From Vulcanimicrobiota bacterium (lineage in GTDB: Bacteria > Vulcanimicrobiota > Xenobia > Xenobiales > JADMJV01), in the NCBI GenBank assembly GCA_050250895.1, contig JBFWNU010000001.1, forward strand, positions 2,532,891 through 2,596,890: DNA of 64,000 nt. Reading direction: 5' to 3'. Position numbers and translations under genes: made by a program. Positions 39,797-48,870 of the stretch are shown here, in pieces (within the stretch, counting starts at the first letter, position 1; the number at the start of each line of letters is the position of its first letter). The notes under the pieces are model-generated. The model searched no databases, was not told where the DNA came from, and saw only the letters and a program-made list of their open reading frames with translations.

Positions 39797-41590
39797 ATGG
39801 ATAACGAGAATCGGGTCGGATTGGTCGACGGGGTGGTGGAAGGCAGCACCAGCAAGTTTCGAGTCATCCTCGACGAAGACCGCTATCTGCAGCTCGACGA
39901 GCTGGTCAACACCTCACAGGTGCTGCCCACCGGCGAGCTGCATACCACTTATGGCATCGTCACCGAGGTCTATGGACGCATCGAGGGGGCTAGCTTCCCC
40001 TCCGACACGGTGCGCATCGCTCGCGATCAGACCATGCCCGGCTCGGCCGTGCGCACCGCCGATGTGAAGGTGCTCCGCACCGTGCCCGAGATCTGGGTGC
40101 CACCTGCTCCCGGAGCCACCGTCGAGCGAGCCCGCGATGCCCATCGCAAGAACGCGCTCTATCTCGACCAGATGGCCCGACCCATCCCGGTGGCTCTCGA
40201 CAACACGGGCGAGCCGGTCTTTCTCGACTTTGATTTCCTTGACGGCACCCGCGGCGGCCACGTTTCGATTTCGGGCGTGTCAGGGGTCGCCACCAAGACC
40301 TCGTTCGCGCTGCATCTGCTCTATCTGCTGCTCGAGACCAACACCGGTCGAGAAGCTCTGGGCATTCACGCGGCCGGCACCCGAGCCCTGATCTTCAACG
40401 TCAAAGGCGAGGATCTGCTTCATTTCGACAAGCCGTCTTCAGCCTATGAGAAGCGCTGCCAGAAGGATCCGGACCTGCCCCACCAGTGGCGCAAGCTCGA
40501 GGTGGACAGTCCCGGACCATTCCATTCGGTTCGCTTTCTGGCCCCGCTGTCGCGCCACGCGCAGGGAACTCCCTGCACCGACGTCGAGTCGCGCCCGGCG
40601 GACCAGCTCACACCCTATGGCTGGACTGTCTACGAATTCATTCGCCAAGGCCTGTTGCGCTTTTGCTTTTCGGATGTGGATGACTCGCGCAACCAGCTCT
40701 CGTTCGTCGAGCAGCGAGTGCGGGTCCAATTGGCCCGTTGGGCCTTCCCTCTCGAGGGCAAGCCAGGAGCGGTGGTGATGATCCCGCCGACCCAGGGGGT
40801 CGGCTACAACATCGACCAGCTGGCCCAGAAAAAGCGCGAGCCTCGGCCCGCCCTCGAGGGCGATGTGGTCGAAGACTTCCGCGGGCTGGTCGATTTTCTC
40901 GAGCGCCAGCTCGAAGAAGGCGAAAGCCGGGAGTGGACGGGCGGCACGCAAGCCGGCACCGTCAACGCTTTTCTCAGGCGGTTGCACGCGATGGTGCCGC
41001 GTTTCGGGCATCTGATTACCCATCGGGTCAAGAGCTTCACTCTGGAAGGCTCTGAGGCGCCCACCGAAAACCTCATCGTGGTCGACATCAACAGCCTGCA
41101 CGAAGACGGCCAACGCTTCGTAGTGGGCGCTCTGCTCAGCTCGATCTTCTCGGCCAAGGAGCGGGGCAAGCGGTTTCCCCTCCACTTCGTGGTGCTCGAC
41201 GAACTCAACAAATACGCGCCTCGCCACGGCAGCAGTCCGCTCAAAGAGGTGCTGGTCGATATCGCCGCTCGCGGTCGTTCGCTGGGTGTGATCCTCGTCG
41301 GCGCCCAGCAGTCGGCCTCGGATGTGGAAGGGGCTATCACTCGCAATGCCGCTATCCGCGTGGTGGGGCGGCTGGACGGAGCCGAGTCCACGGCCGACAT
41401 CTACCGTTTTCTCACCCCCGAGGTGCGCGAGCGGGCCACTCGGCTGTTGCCGGGAGCGATGATTCTGGATCAACCGCTCATCCCGGCGCCCATTCCCTTT
41501 CGCTTTCCCTTTCCCAACTATGCGACTCGGGCCGACGAGGTCCCTCAGCTCGACGAAGTCGAGATGGAACAGGCCTTTCTTTTCCGCTAG
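39797..41590 (+). CDS. herA: HerA-like ATPase/translocase
   Basis: HAS-barrel-like N-terminus; variant Walker A SGVSGVATKTS; VLDELNKYAP; RGRSLGVILVGAQQ. Confidence 0.85.
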   Translation: MDNENRVGLVDGVVEGSTSKFRVILDEDRYLQLDELVNTSQVLPTGELHTTYGIVTEVYGRIEGASFPSDTVRIARDQTMPGSAVRTADVKVLRTVPEIWVPPAPGATVERARDAHRKNALYLDQMARPIPVALDNTGEPVFLDFDFLDGTRGGHVSISGVSGVATKTSFALHLLYLLLETNTGREALGIHAAGTRALIFNVKGEDLLHFDKPSSAYEKRCQKDPDLPHQWRKLEVDSPGPFHSVRFLAPLSRHAQGTPCTDVESRPADQLTPYGWTVYEFIRQGLLRFCFSDVDDSRNQLSFVEQRVRVQLARWAFPLEGKPGAVVMIPPTQGVGYNIDQLAQKKREPRPALEGDVVEDFRGLVDFLERQLEEGESREWTGGTQAGTVNAFLRRLHAMVPRFGHLITHRVKSFTLEGSEAPTENLIVVDINSLHEDGQRFVVGALLSSIFSAKERGKRFPLHFVVLDELNKYAPRHGSSPLKEVLVDIAARGRSLGVILVGAQQSASDVEGAITRNAAIRVVGRLDGAESTADIYRFLTPEVRERATRLLPGAMILDQPLIPAPIPFRFPFPNYATRADEVPQLDEVEMEQAFLFR

Positions 41591-41601
41591 TCTAACCCGA
41601 A

Positions 41602-41871
41602 ATGGTCTTTGAAGTAAGCCGCATCCGACATGAGAGCGATCTGCCGATCTTTGCTGGTAGGGTGACCGAGGGCCGTCTCGTGGTCGGTTTCTTACTCGAG
41701 GCACGCCGTCAAGGCGAGGCCGTCTGCCGGTCTCGCGTGACCGGAGTGTGCGTGGGTGGACGCTGGCTCGACCAGGCCTCGCCGGGTGACGAAGTCGAGA
41801 TTCTGCTGCGGGGAGAACCGGCTCGTCAGGTGAAGGTGGGGGACGTTCTCCATCATCTGCCCGAGAATTAG
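41602..41871 (+). CDS. Small protein resembling EF-Tu domain II beta-barrel
   Basis: GRVTEGRLVVG...VTGV...LDQASPGDEVEILLRG. Confidence 0.55.
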   Translation: MVFEVSRIRHESDLPIFAGRVTEGRLVVGFLLEARRQGEAVCRSRVTGVCVGGRWLDQASPGDEVEILLRGEPARQVKVGDVLHHLPEN

Positions 41872-41885
41872 TCTGTAAACAGTTG

Positions 41886-41939
41886 TTGACTTTTGCGAGA
41901 GGGCGAGGTATCCTTGCTGAATACTGAGTGAGTGTTCAG
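41886..41939 (+). promoter_or_regulatory. Sigma70 promoter and TetR operator of the efflux operon
   Basis: TTGACT(41886)-17 bp-TATCCT(41909); inverted repeat CTGAATACT(41917-41925)/AGTGTTCAG(41931-41939). Confidence 0.7.
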
Positions 41940-41944
41940 TCAAT

Positions 41945-42538
41945 TTGGTGGAGCCGGGCAAGAAAAAGTCAGAACGAACTCGCGAGGCGATTCTAGAATC
42001 GGCTCGCCGCGCTTTTCTAAGACAAAGTTACGACCAGGTGGGGGTGCGCGAGATCGCCGCCGAGGCGGGTGTCAACGCGGCCCTGGTCAACCGCTACTTC
42101 GGCTCCAAGCAAGGCCTGTTCGCCGAGGTGCTGGACTCGGGTACCGACTATGACGAACTCTATCAGGCTGCGCCTCACGAGCTCGGCCAGCAGCTAGCCC
42201 GTTTCTTGATCGAGGGCGAGTTGACCACTCGCAGCGGCAAACGCCTGCCCTACGATCCCGATCGATTGATGCTTTACGTTCGCTCCATCGGTTGCCCCGA
42301 GGCCACCGCCATCCTGCGCGAGCGGCTGGCCCGCAAGATCACGGGGCCCATGCTGGATTGTCTGCCCGAGCCGGGTCGGCAAGAGAAGGCGGCCTTGATC
42401 ACTTCTCACCTTTTCGGCTTTTTACTCATCCACCGCGTGGTCGGTGCCGCCTGTGTGGTGGCCGCCGACAAAGACATTCTTCTCGACCAGCTGGCCACCA
42501 GTCTACAGGCCATCATCGATTCTGGGAGCAAGCCATGA
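41945..42538 (+). CDS. TetR-family regulator
   Basis: TREAILESA...VREIAAEAGVNAALVNRYFGSK. Confidence 0.92.
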   Translation: MVEPGKKKSERTREAILESARRAFLRQSYDQVGVREIAAEAGVNAALVNRYFGSKQGLFAEVLDSGTDYDELYQAAPHELGQQLARFLIEGELTTRSGKRLPYDPDRLMLYVRSIGCPEATAILRERLARKITGPMLDCLPEPGRQEKAALITSHLFGFLLIHRVVGAACVVAADKDILLDQLATSLQAIIDSGSKP

Positions 42539-43845
42539 AAAAGACTTACCTTCTCCTCATCCTTTTGCTGCTCGGCGGCTGCGCCAAAGAACAGGCCAAG
42601 CAAGCTCCGGCGGCGCCGCCTCCACCCGAGGTGACGGTCGAGGCGGCCCGGCGCGAGTCGGTGTCGGTCTATGACGACTACACGGCCGAACTCAAAGCCA
42701 ACGAGGTGGCCGAGGTGCGAGCCCGGGTCGAAGGCACCTTGCTCGACTACAGCTTTCGCGAAGGCAGCCTGGTCCAGCAGGGGCAGGTCCTCTTCGCTCT
42801 TGACCCGGGACCCTACCAGGCCGCCCTGTCGGCAGCCAGCGCTCAAGTCTCGCAGGCCGAAGGCCGGCTGGCCCAGGCAGAGGGCACTCTGGCCCAGGCC
42901 CGGGCCGAACTCGAACGGGCCCGCTCTTTGGTCAACCTGCAGCAGGTCACAGCCGAGCTGGCTCGCTCCAAATCCGCCTGGGACGCTGCCCAACGCGAGG
43001 TCGACCGCTATCAAGCCCTGGTCGACCAGGGGGCCGTGCCCAAACAGCGCTACGATCAGGCCGTCGACTCTCGCGATCTGGCCCGAGCCGACTATGAAGC
43101 CGTGCGGGCACGCCTGCAGAACACCAAGGTCGGTGATCAGGCCGATGTGGGGGTGGCCAAAGCCAACGTCGAGTCGGCTCAGGCCGGCGTCGTCTCGGCC
43201 CAGGCGGCCATCAAGTCGGCCCGCGCCGAGGTCGAGAAGGCCCAGCTCAATCTTTCCTATACCACCATTCGCGCTCCCTTCACCGGGGTCATCGGCACCC
43301 TGGGGGTCGACCCCGGCAGCCTGGTGCTGCCGGGCCAAACCCGGCTGGCCACGCTGTCGAATAGCGATCCCATCTATGCCGACTTCGCCATCAGCGAAGC
43401 CGAGTATCTTCGTCTGAGTCGCAGTCAAGGTTTTGACGGCAGCCCCTTCCGGCTCCAACTGGCCGATGGTAGCAAGTATGACGAACCCGGTCGCTTCGTG
43501 CTGGTGGACCGCTCGCTCAATCAGGGTACAGGCACCATCACCGTCCGAGCCAAGTTCGGCAATCCCGACCTGTTATTGCGCCCCGGCGGTTTCGGGCGAG
43601 TCACCATGCTCAAGGAGAAGGTGGCTGCCGCCGTGGTCATCCCCCAAAAGGCCTTGACCAACATCCAATCGCTGGACGCGGTCTTTGTGGTCAAGTCTGA
43701 CAATACCGTGGAACAGCGCCAGATCGAGCTGGGGGCCAGACTAGAGGGCGGCATCGTGGTGAAGAAGGGCCTCGAGCCGGGCGAGCGGGTGGTGGTCGAC
43801 GGGCTTCAGAAAGTGCGGCCAGGAATGGCCGTTCAGGTGCTCTGA
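42535..43845 (+). CDS. RND efflux membrane fusion (periplasmic adaptor) lipoprotein
   Basis: Lipobox LGGC; EVRARVEG, LSYTTIRAPF.G and LRPG.F; ATGA overlap with tetR. Confidence 0.93.
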   Translation: MKKTYLLLILLLLGGCAKEQAKQAPAAPPPPEVTVEAARRESVSVYDDYTAELKANEVAEVRARVEGTLLDYSFREGSLVQQGQVLFALDPGPYQAALSAASAQVSQAEGRLAQAEGTLAQARAELERARSLVNLQQVTAELARSKSAWDAAQREVDRYQALVDQGAVPKQRYDQAVDSRDLARADYEAVRARLQNTKVGDQADVGVAKANVESAQAGVVSAQAAIKSARAEVEKAQLNLSYTTIRAPFTGVIGTLGVDPGSLVLPGQTRLATLSNSDPIYADFAISEAEYLRLSRSQGFDGSPFRLQLADGSKYDEPGRFVLVDRSLNQGTGTITVRAKFGNPDLLLRPGGFGRVTMLKEKVAAAVVIPQKALTNIQSLDAVFVVKSDNTVEQRQIELGARLEGGIVVKKGLEPGERVVVDGLQKVRPGMAVQVL

Positions 43846-46800
43846 TGTCGGCCAAGACCTTTATCCATCGTCCTGTTCTTTCCATCGTCATCGCCATCTT
43901 GATCACCATGGTCGGGGCCCTGGCCGTGCCCAACATGGCCGTGCAGCGCTTTCCCGACCTGGTTCCGCCCACCGTACTGGTGAGCGCCAACTATCCCGGC
44001 GCCAGCGCCGTTACCGTCGAGCAGACCGTGGCCAGCCAGATCGAGCAAGAGGTCAACGGTGCCGAGCACATGCTCTACATGACCAGCAAGTCCTCGAGCG
44101 ACGGCAACTATCAACTCACCTGCAGTTTCGAGGTGGGCACCGATGTGGACCTGGCCGCCGTCGATGTGCAGAACCGCGTCAACCGGGCCACTTCGACCCT
44201 GCCCGAAGAGGTGACGCGCAACGGCATCACGGTGGCCAAACAGTCGACCCAGTTTCTGATGGTGGCCACCCTCTATTCGCCCAACGGCACCTATGACAAG
44301 CTCTTCTTGAGCAACTATGCCTCCATCAATCTGCTCGACCCTCTCAGCCGCGTGCCCGGCGTGGGAGGGGTCGAGGTGCGTTTCGGCGGCGCCGACTACG
44401 CCATGCGCATGTGGGTCAAACCCGACGTGCTGGCCCGCCTGGGGGTCACTGCTGGCGACATCACCGGAGCCCTGCGCGAACAGAACGTGCAGGCCTCGGC
44501 CGGCAGTATCGGTCAGCCCCCTCAAGCGTCCGGGCTCGACTTTCAATACCCGGTCACGGTCGAGGGCCAGCTCAACACCGTCGATCAGTTCGCCAACGTG
44601 GTGGTCAAGGTCGATGACGACGGCAACATCGTGCGCATTCGCGATGTGGCGCGCACCGAGCTAGGGGCCGAGACCTATGACAGCTTCGGTCGCCGCAACG
44701 GTCAAGAAGCCATCCCCATGATCGTCTTCCAGCGACCCGGAGCGAACGCCCTCGAGGTGGCCACCAAAGCGCGGGCCGAACTCGAGCGGCTCAAGCAGAA
44801 CTTTCCCGACGACGTCGCAGTCGACGTGACCTATGACGCCACTCAGGTCGTCGAAGCCTCGATCCACGAGGTGCTCAAAACCCTCACCGAGGCTTTCATT
44901 CTGGTGGTGGTAGTGGTCTTCACTTTTTTGGGCAACTTCCGGGCCACCCTCATTCCGATTCTGGCGGTGCCGGTCTCGCTGGTGGGCACCTTCGCCATCC
45001 TGTTCGCTTTCGGATTCTCCATCAACACGCTGACCTTGCTGGCCATGGTGCTGGCCATCGGGATCGTGGTCGACGACGCCATCGTGGTGGTCGAGGCGGT
45101 CGAGCACCACATCGAGGAAGGCATGACTCCGCTGGCCGCTACCGAGCAAGCCATGAGCGAAGTGGCCGGACCGGTGGTGGCCATTGCCCTGGTCCTGTGC
45201 TCGGTGTTCGTCCCGGTGGCCTTCCTGGGTGGTCTGGCCGGTCAACTCTATCGCCAGTTCGCCATCACCATGTCGGCGGCAGTCTTGCTGTCGGCGGTGG
45301 TTGCGCTCACCCTCACCCCGGCCCTGTGCCAGATGATCCTGCGCCCGCGCCAGAAGATGTGGGGCCCCTTCGGCTGGTACATCAGCCTATTCGAAGGCTT
45401 CTTCAAACGGGTCGTGGGGGGCTATCGCAGCGTGGTGGCCGTGGCCGTGCGCCGCCTGGTTCTGGTGAGCGGACTGATGGCCCTCGTGTTCTTCGGCGTG
45501 TGGGGCCTCAACCGCGCCCTGCCCACCGGCCTGGTGCCCTCCGAGGACAACGGTTATCTGCTGATCAGCATCAGCCTCCCGCCGGGCAGTGCGCTCGAGC
45601 GCACCGACGCCATCGCGGCTCGGGTCGAGAAGATCGTCATGGACACGCCCGGAGTACGCTCCATGGTGATGATGGGCGGAACCAGCATCCTCACCGGCAG
45701 CCGCGGCCCCAACTATGCCTCCAGCTTCATCATCTTCGACCCCTGGGACGAGCGCTCCGAACACGAATCGGCCGAAGCCATCCTGGGTCACCTCTCGGCC
45801 GAGTTCTCGAAGATTCAAGAGGCTAACGTCATGGCCATCAATCCGCCGCCGATTCCGGGCCTGGGTCGGTCGGGCGGCTTTGTCTTCGAATTGCAAGACC
45901 GCGGGGGCGGCACGCCGGACGAACTCGAGGCCGCCACCCAGGCCTTCCTGGCGGCGGCCCGCCAGGACCCTCGCCTGGTCGGCTTGTTCACACCGTTCTC
46001 GACGGCCGTCCCCGAGATCGCTCTCGATGTCGACCGGGCCAAGGTCAAGGTGTTGGGGGTCAAGCTCGACGAGGTGTTCTCGACGCTGCAGGTCAACCTG
46101 GGCGGTGCCTTTGTCAACCTGTTCAACAAGTTCGGTCGCACCTGGCGGGTCTACGTCCAATCCGAGGCCGAATACCGCCGCACGCCGGAAGACATCGGCA
46201 ACCTCTATGTGCGCGGACGAAACGACGAGATGATTCCTCTGAGCACGCTGACCCACGCTCGTATGACCACCGCTCCCGACCTGCTGCAGCGCTACAACCT
46301 CTATCGCACCGCCGAGATTTACGGCTCGGCCCGGCCGGGCCTGAGTTCGGCCGAGGGTCTGGCGGCCATGGAGGAGTTGGCCCAACAGCACCTCCCCGCT
46401 GGCTATGGCTTCGAGTGGACAGGAACGGCCTATCAAGAGAAGATCTCTAGCGGCCAGCAAACCCAGATTCTGGCTCTGGCCCTGGTCTTCGTCTTCCTCT
46501 TTCTGGCTGCTCTTTACGAGAGCTGGGCCGTGCCGCTGTCGATTCTTATCGGCCTGCCGCTGGGCATTCTGGGGGCCTATCTCGGCTTGCTGAGCATGGG
46601 CTACACCAACAACGTGTATGCTCAAATCGGCATCATTACGCTGATGGGGTTGGCCGCCAAGAACGCTATCCTTATCGTCGAGTTCGCTAAGAACCAGTAC
46701 GAAAAGGGGGGCAAGAGCCTGACCGAGGCAGCCCTGGAGGGAGCCCGCCTGCGCTTTCGCCCCATTCTGATGACCTCGTTCGCCTTCATCCTGGGCGTGG

Positions 46801-46985
46801 TTCCGCTGGCTCTGGCCGATGGGGCCGGGGCGGCCGCCCAGAGCGCGCTGGGCGTGGCGGTGGTGGCCGGGATGACCTTCGCCACCCTCACCGGTGTGCT
46901 GGTCATTCCCGCCCTCTACGTGCTGGTGCAAGGCTTGGCCGAGAGGTTCTCGGGTGGGCCCTACAGCAAGCCTTCCTCGGTTTAG
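43845..46985 (+). CDS. HAE1-family RND efflux permease (AcrB-like)
   Basis: 1046 aa; GIVVDDAIVVVE, KNAILIVEFA and RFRPILMTS. Confidence 0.96.
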   Translation: MSAKTFIHRPVLSIVIAILITMVGALAVPNMAVQRFPDLVPPTVLVSANYPGASAVTVEQTVASQIEQEVNGAEHMLYMTSKSSSDGNYQLTCSFEVGTDVDLAAVDVQNRVNRATSTLPEEVTRNGITVAKQSTQFLMVATLYSPNGTYDKLFLSNYASINLLDPLSRVPGVGGVEVRFGGADYAMRMWVKPDVLARLGVTAGDITGALREQNVQASAGSIGQPPQASGLDFQYPVTVEGQLNTVDQFANVVVKVDDDGNIVRIRDVARTELGAETYDSFGRRNGQEAIPMIVFQRPGANALEVATKARAELERLKQNFPDDVAVDVTYDATQVVEASIHEVLKTLTEAFILVVVVVFTFLGNFRATLIPILAVPVSLVGTFAILFAFGFSINTLTLLAMVLAIGIVVDDAIVVVEAVEHHIEEGMTPLAATEQAMSEVAGPVVAIALVLCSVFVPVAFLGGLAGQLYRQFAITMSAAVLLSAVVALTLTPALCQMILRPRQKMWGPFGWYISLFEGFFKRVVGGYRSVVAVAVRRLVLVSGLMALVFFGVWGLNRALPTGLVPSEDNGYLLISISLPPGSALERTDAIAARVEKIVMDTPGVRSMVMMGGTSILTGSRGPNYASSFIIFDPWDERSEHESAEAILGHLSAEFSKIQEANVMAINPPPIPGLGRSGGFVFELQDRGGGTPDELEAATQAFLAAARQDPRLVGLFTPFSTAVPEIALDVDRAKVKVLGVKLDEVFSTLQVNLGGAFVNLFNKFGRTWRVYVQSEAEYRRTPEDIGNLYVRGRNDEMIPLSTLTHARMTTAPDLLQRYNLYRTAEIYGSARPGLSSAEGLAAMEELAQQHLPAGYGFEWTGTAYQEKISSGQQTQILALALVFVFLFLAALYESWAVPLSILIGLPLGILGAYLGLLSMGYTNNVYAQIGIITLMGLAAKNAILIVEFAKNQYEKGGKSLTEAALEGARLRFRPILMTSFAFILGVVPLALADGAGAAAQSALGVAVVAGMTFATLTGVLVIPALYVLVQGLAERFSGGPYSKPSSV

Positions 46986-47533
46986 AGGACGGCGAACGAG
47001 TCGGTGATCTTCTCGAGCACCGGCAGCCCGTCGTCCCAGCGCTCGGGCAGGCAAACCTGTAGCACCACCAGTAGCACCTTGGGATGGTCGGGGAACTCGA
47101 TGGCCGTGAAGCGATAGTGGTTGAGAGCTCCATCGCGCTCACCCGAGTAACTGGTGGACACCAATCGGGCTTTGTCGAGTTCCTTGAATTTGGGCGGGCG
47201 GATTTCCTTGAAGTTCTCGCGCTTGGAGGCCATGTCTTTGACCTGGTCATCGAGGGCTGACTCGATGGTGGTCTCTGGCCCGAGGCTTTCTCGGTCGTAC
47301 AAGAACACCCCGGTATTCATGGCCTGGTCGTTGGCCAGAAACTGCAGATCGAAGGGGTGCTTGGACGGGTTGGCGTTCCAATCGCCGGGCAGCTCTACCT
47401 CGACCTTCTCGTCGAGGCCTTCGAGGCTGACGATCTGCTTCTGGGTGGTCGGCGCCGGGGGCTGGGCAATCCCCGAGCAAGCGGCCAGGGCGAACAGTAG
47501 CAAAAGAGCTGGAACGAGTCGGTAGGTCTGCAT
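46982..47533 (-). CDS. Lipoprotein, hypothetical
   Basis: Lipobox LAAC. Confidence 0.75.
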   Translation of the reverse strand: MQTYRLVPALLLLFALAACSGIAQPPAPTTQKQIVSLEGLDEKVEVELPGDWNANPSKHPFDLQFLANDQAMNTGVFLYDRESLGPETTIESALDDQVKDMASKRENFKEIRPPKFKELDKARLVSTSYSGERDGALNHYRFTAIEFPDHPKVLLVVLQVCLPERWDDGLPVLEKITDSFAVL

Positions 47534-47659
47534 CTTTGGGTTTTCGCAGGCGCGCCCTCGCGGGCCTCCCTGGCCCTGGGTGCGGGGGGTAAATGAAAAT
47601 CAATCAAGGCTAGGCGAGTGCCTCTTGTGTCCGGCGAGATGTCGACTTAGACTGTTTGA

Positions 47660-48505
47660 GTGCGGGATGGTCTGGTCAAATTGCTCAAGGACGCTCGGGG
47701 CAAGCTGCTCGAGCTGGCTGCGGTCGAGGCAGCCCTGGTCTTGCTGCGTGACGATCCGGCCGGGCCGATGCTGGTGCGCGCCGTGCGCGGGGTCGAGGCC
47801 GCCGACCTCGAGAAGGACACCTGCAGCAACCTGTTGCTGGCCGAAGCCGAGGGACATGGACGCTCCGTGATCGTGCTCGACTCGCGTCAGGAGATCCGCT
47901 TCCATAACCGCCTGGTCGACTTTCGTTCGGCCCTGTGCGTGCCCATTACCATTCAGGGTCGAACCAGCGGTTTGCTCTTGGTGCTCAACCGCCAGCAGCC
48001 ACGAGCCTTCGAGGCCGACCATCGACGCCAGGTCGAGGAGTTGGCGGCACAGTTGGCCCACGACCTGGTGGCCCAGGGTTGGGGCGAGGCCGAGCCCGAC
48101 AGCTCCAAGGCGGTCGCACCCAAACCGGTGGCGGTAGCCTCGGGGCGTCCTCGCCTGCTGCTCTTCTTGATGGTCTGGCTGGTGATGTCTGGAGCGACGC
48201 TGGTAGGGCGTCGAGCGGTTTCGGCACCAGCGGCCGAGCCGGTCGTGGTGGTGGAAGGCGAGCTGCGAGCGCAGGGCCACCCGGCCAGCTTTCGCCAGTT
48301 GCGTCAGGCCCAGTTAGAAGTGGGTGGCCAGGCCCTTGGAGGCGGCCAGCTCGAGCTGCTAGGGCAGGGGCGCTTTCGGCTGCGCTGGGCCACCGCCGCC
48401 GACTCGGTGGAACTGCAAGTGAAGGTGCCCGACGTGGGCCAGGCCCGGGCCCGGGCTTCGGTCACCCAGGGCGCCGCCCAGCTCGGCCAACTGCAGTTGC
48501 GCTAA
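47660..48505 (+). CDS. GAF-domain membrane protein
   Basis: RSALCVPI...GLLLV; one TM segment. Confidence 0.7.
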   Translation: MRDGLVKLLKDARGKLLELAAVEAALVLLRDDPAGPMLVRAVRGVEAADLEKDTCSNLLLAEAEGHGRSVIVLDSRQEIRFHNRLVDFRSALCVPITIQGRTSGLLLVLNRQQPRAFEADHRRQVEELAAQLAHDLVAQGWGEAEPDSSKAVAPKPVAVASGRPRLLLFLMVWLVMSGATLVGRRAVSAPAAEPVVVVEGELRAQGHPASFRQLRQAQLEVGGQALGGGQLELLGQGRFRLRWATAADSVELQVKVPDVGQARARASVTQGAAQLGQLQLR

Positions 48506-48870
48506 GGATCCTCTACCAGGGCGTCCTCGAGGATCTCCTCGTAGGCCTCCTGAACGGCTCGAACTTCCTGCTCGATGAGCCTGGCCCGGTCGACCAGAGC
48601 GCGCAGCTGGTCGGCGGGCAGTCCCTCTTCAAAGCCGATCGAGGCCGCCTCGAGCACCTCGGTCATGGCCTCGAGGGCCGAGCGCAAGGTCTGCCAGGCC
48701 TCGAGTTCGCGGGGGTCGTCGGGGCCGGGTCTGAGCTGCTCGACCCCTTCGCGCCAGATGGCCAGACTATCGTCGAGACGGCCCAGGCGTTCGGTCAGCT
48801 CGACCGGTCCCGCCTGGCCGGCCAGATAATCCTCGACCACGCGCGCTAACTGGTCGGCCGGGCCTAGCAT
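48502..48870 (-). CDS. Small helical hypothetical protein
   Basis: ATG at 48870 is coupled to the upstream stop. Resembles the N-terminal part of 51685-52521 (VEDYL.G vs VEDWL.G). Confidence 0.55.
   Translation of the reverse strand: MLGPADQLARVVEDYLAGQAGPVELTERLGRLDDSLAIWREGVEQLRPGPDDPRELEAWQTLRSALEAMTEVLEAASIGFEEGLPADQLRALVDRARLIEQEVRAVQEAYEEILEDALVEDP

Noticed and set aside
45387-47054. Long antisense/shadow ORFs (also 23450-24787, 40439-41704, 42406-43458, 54958-56073, and 5' extensions of 29670, 36379, 15985, 53353)
   Set aside because: They lie opposite or overlap well-supported genes; long stop-free shadow frames are expected at this GC content.
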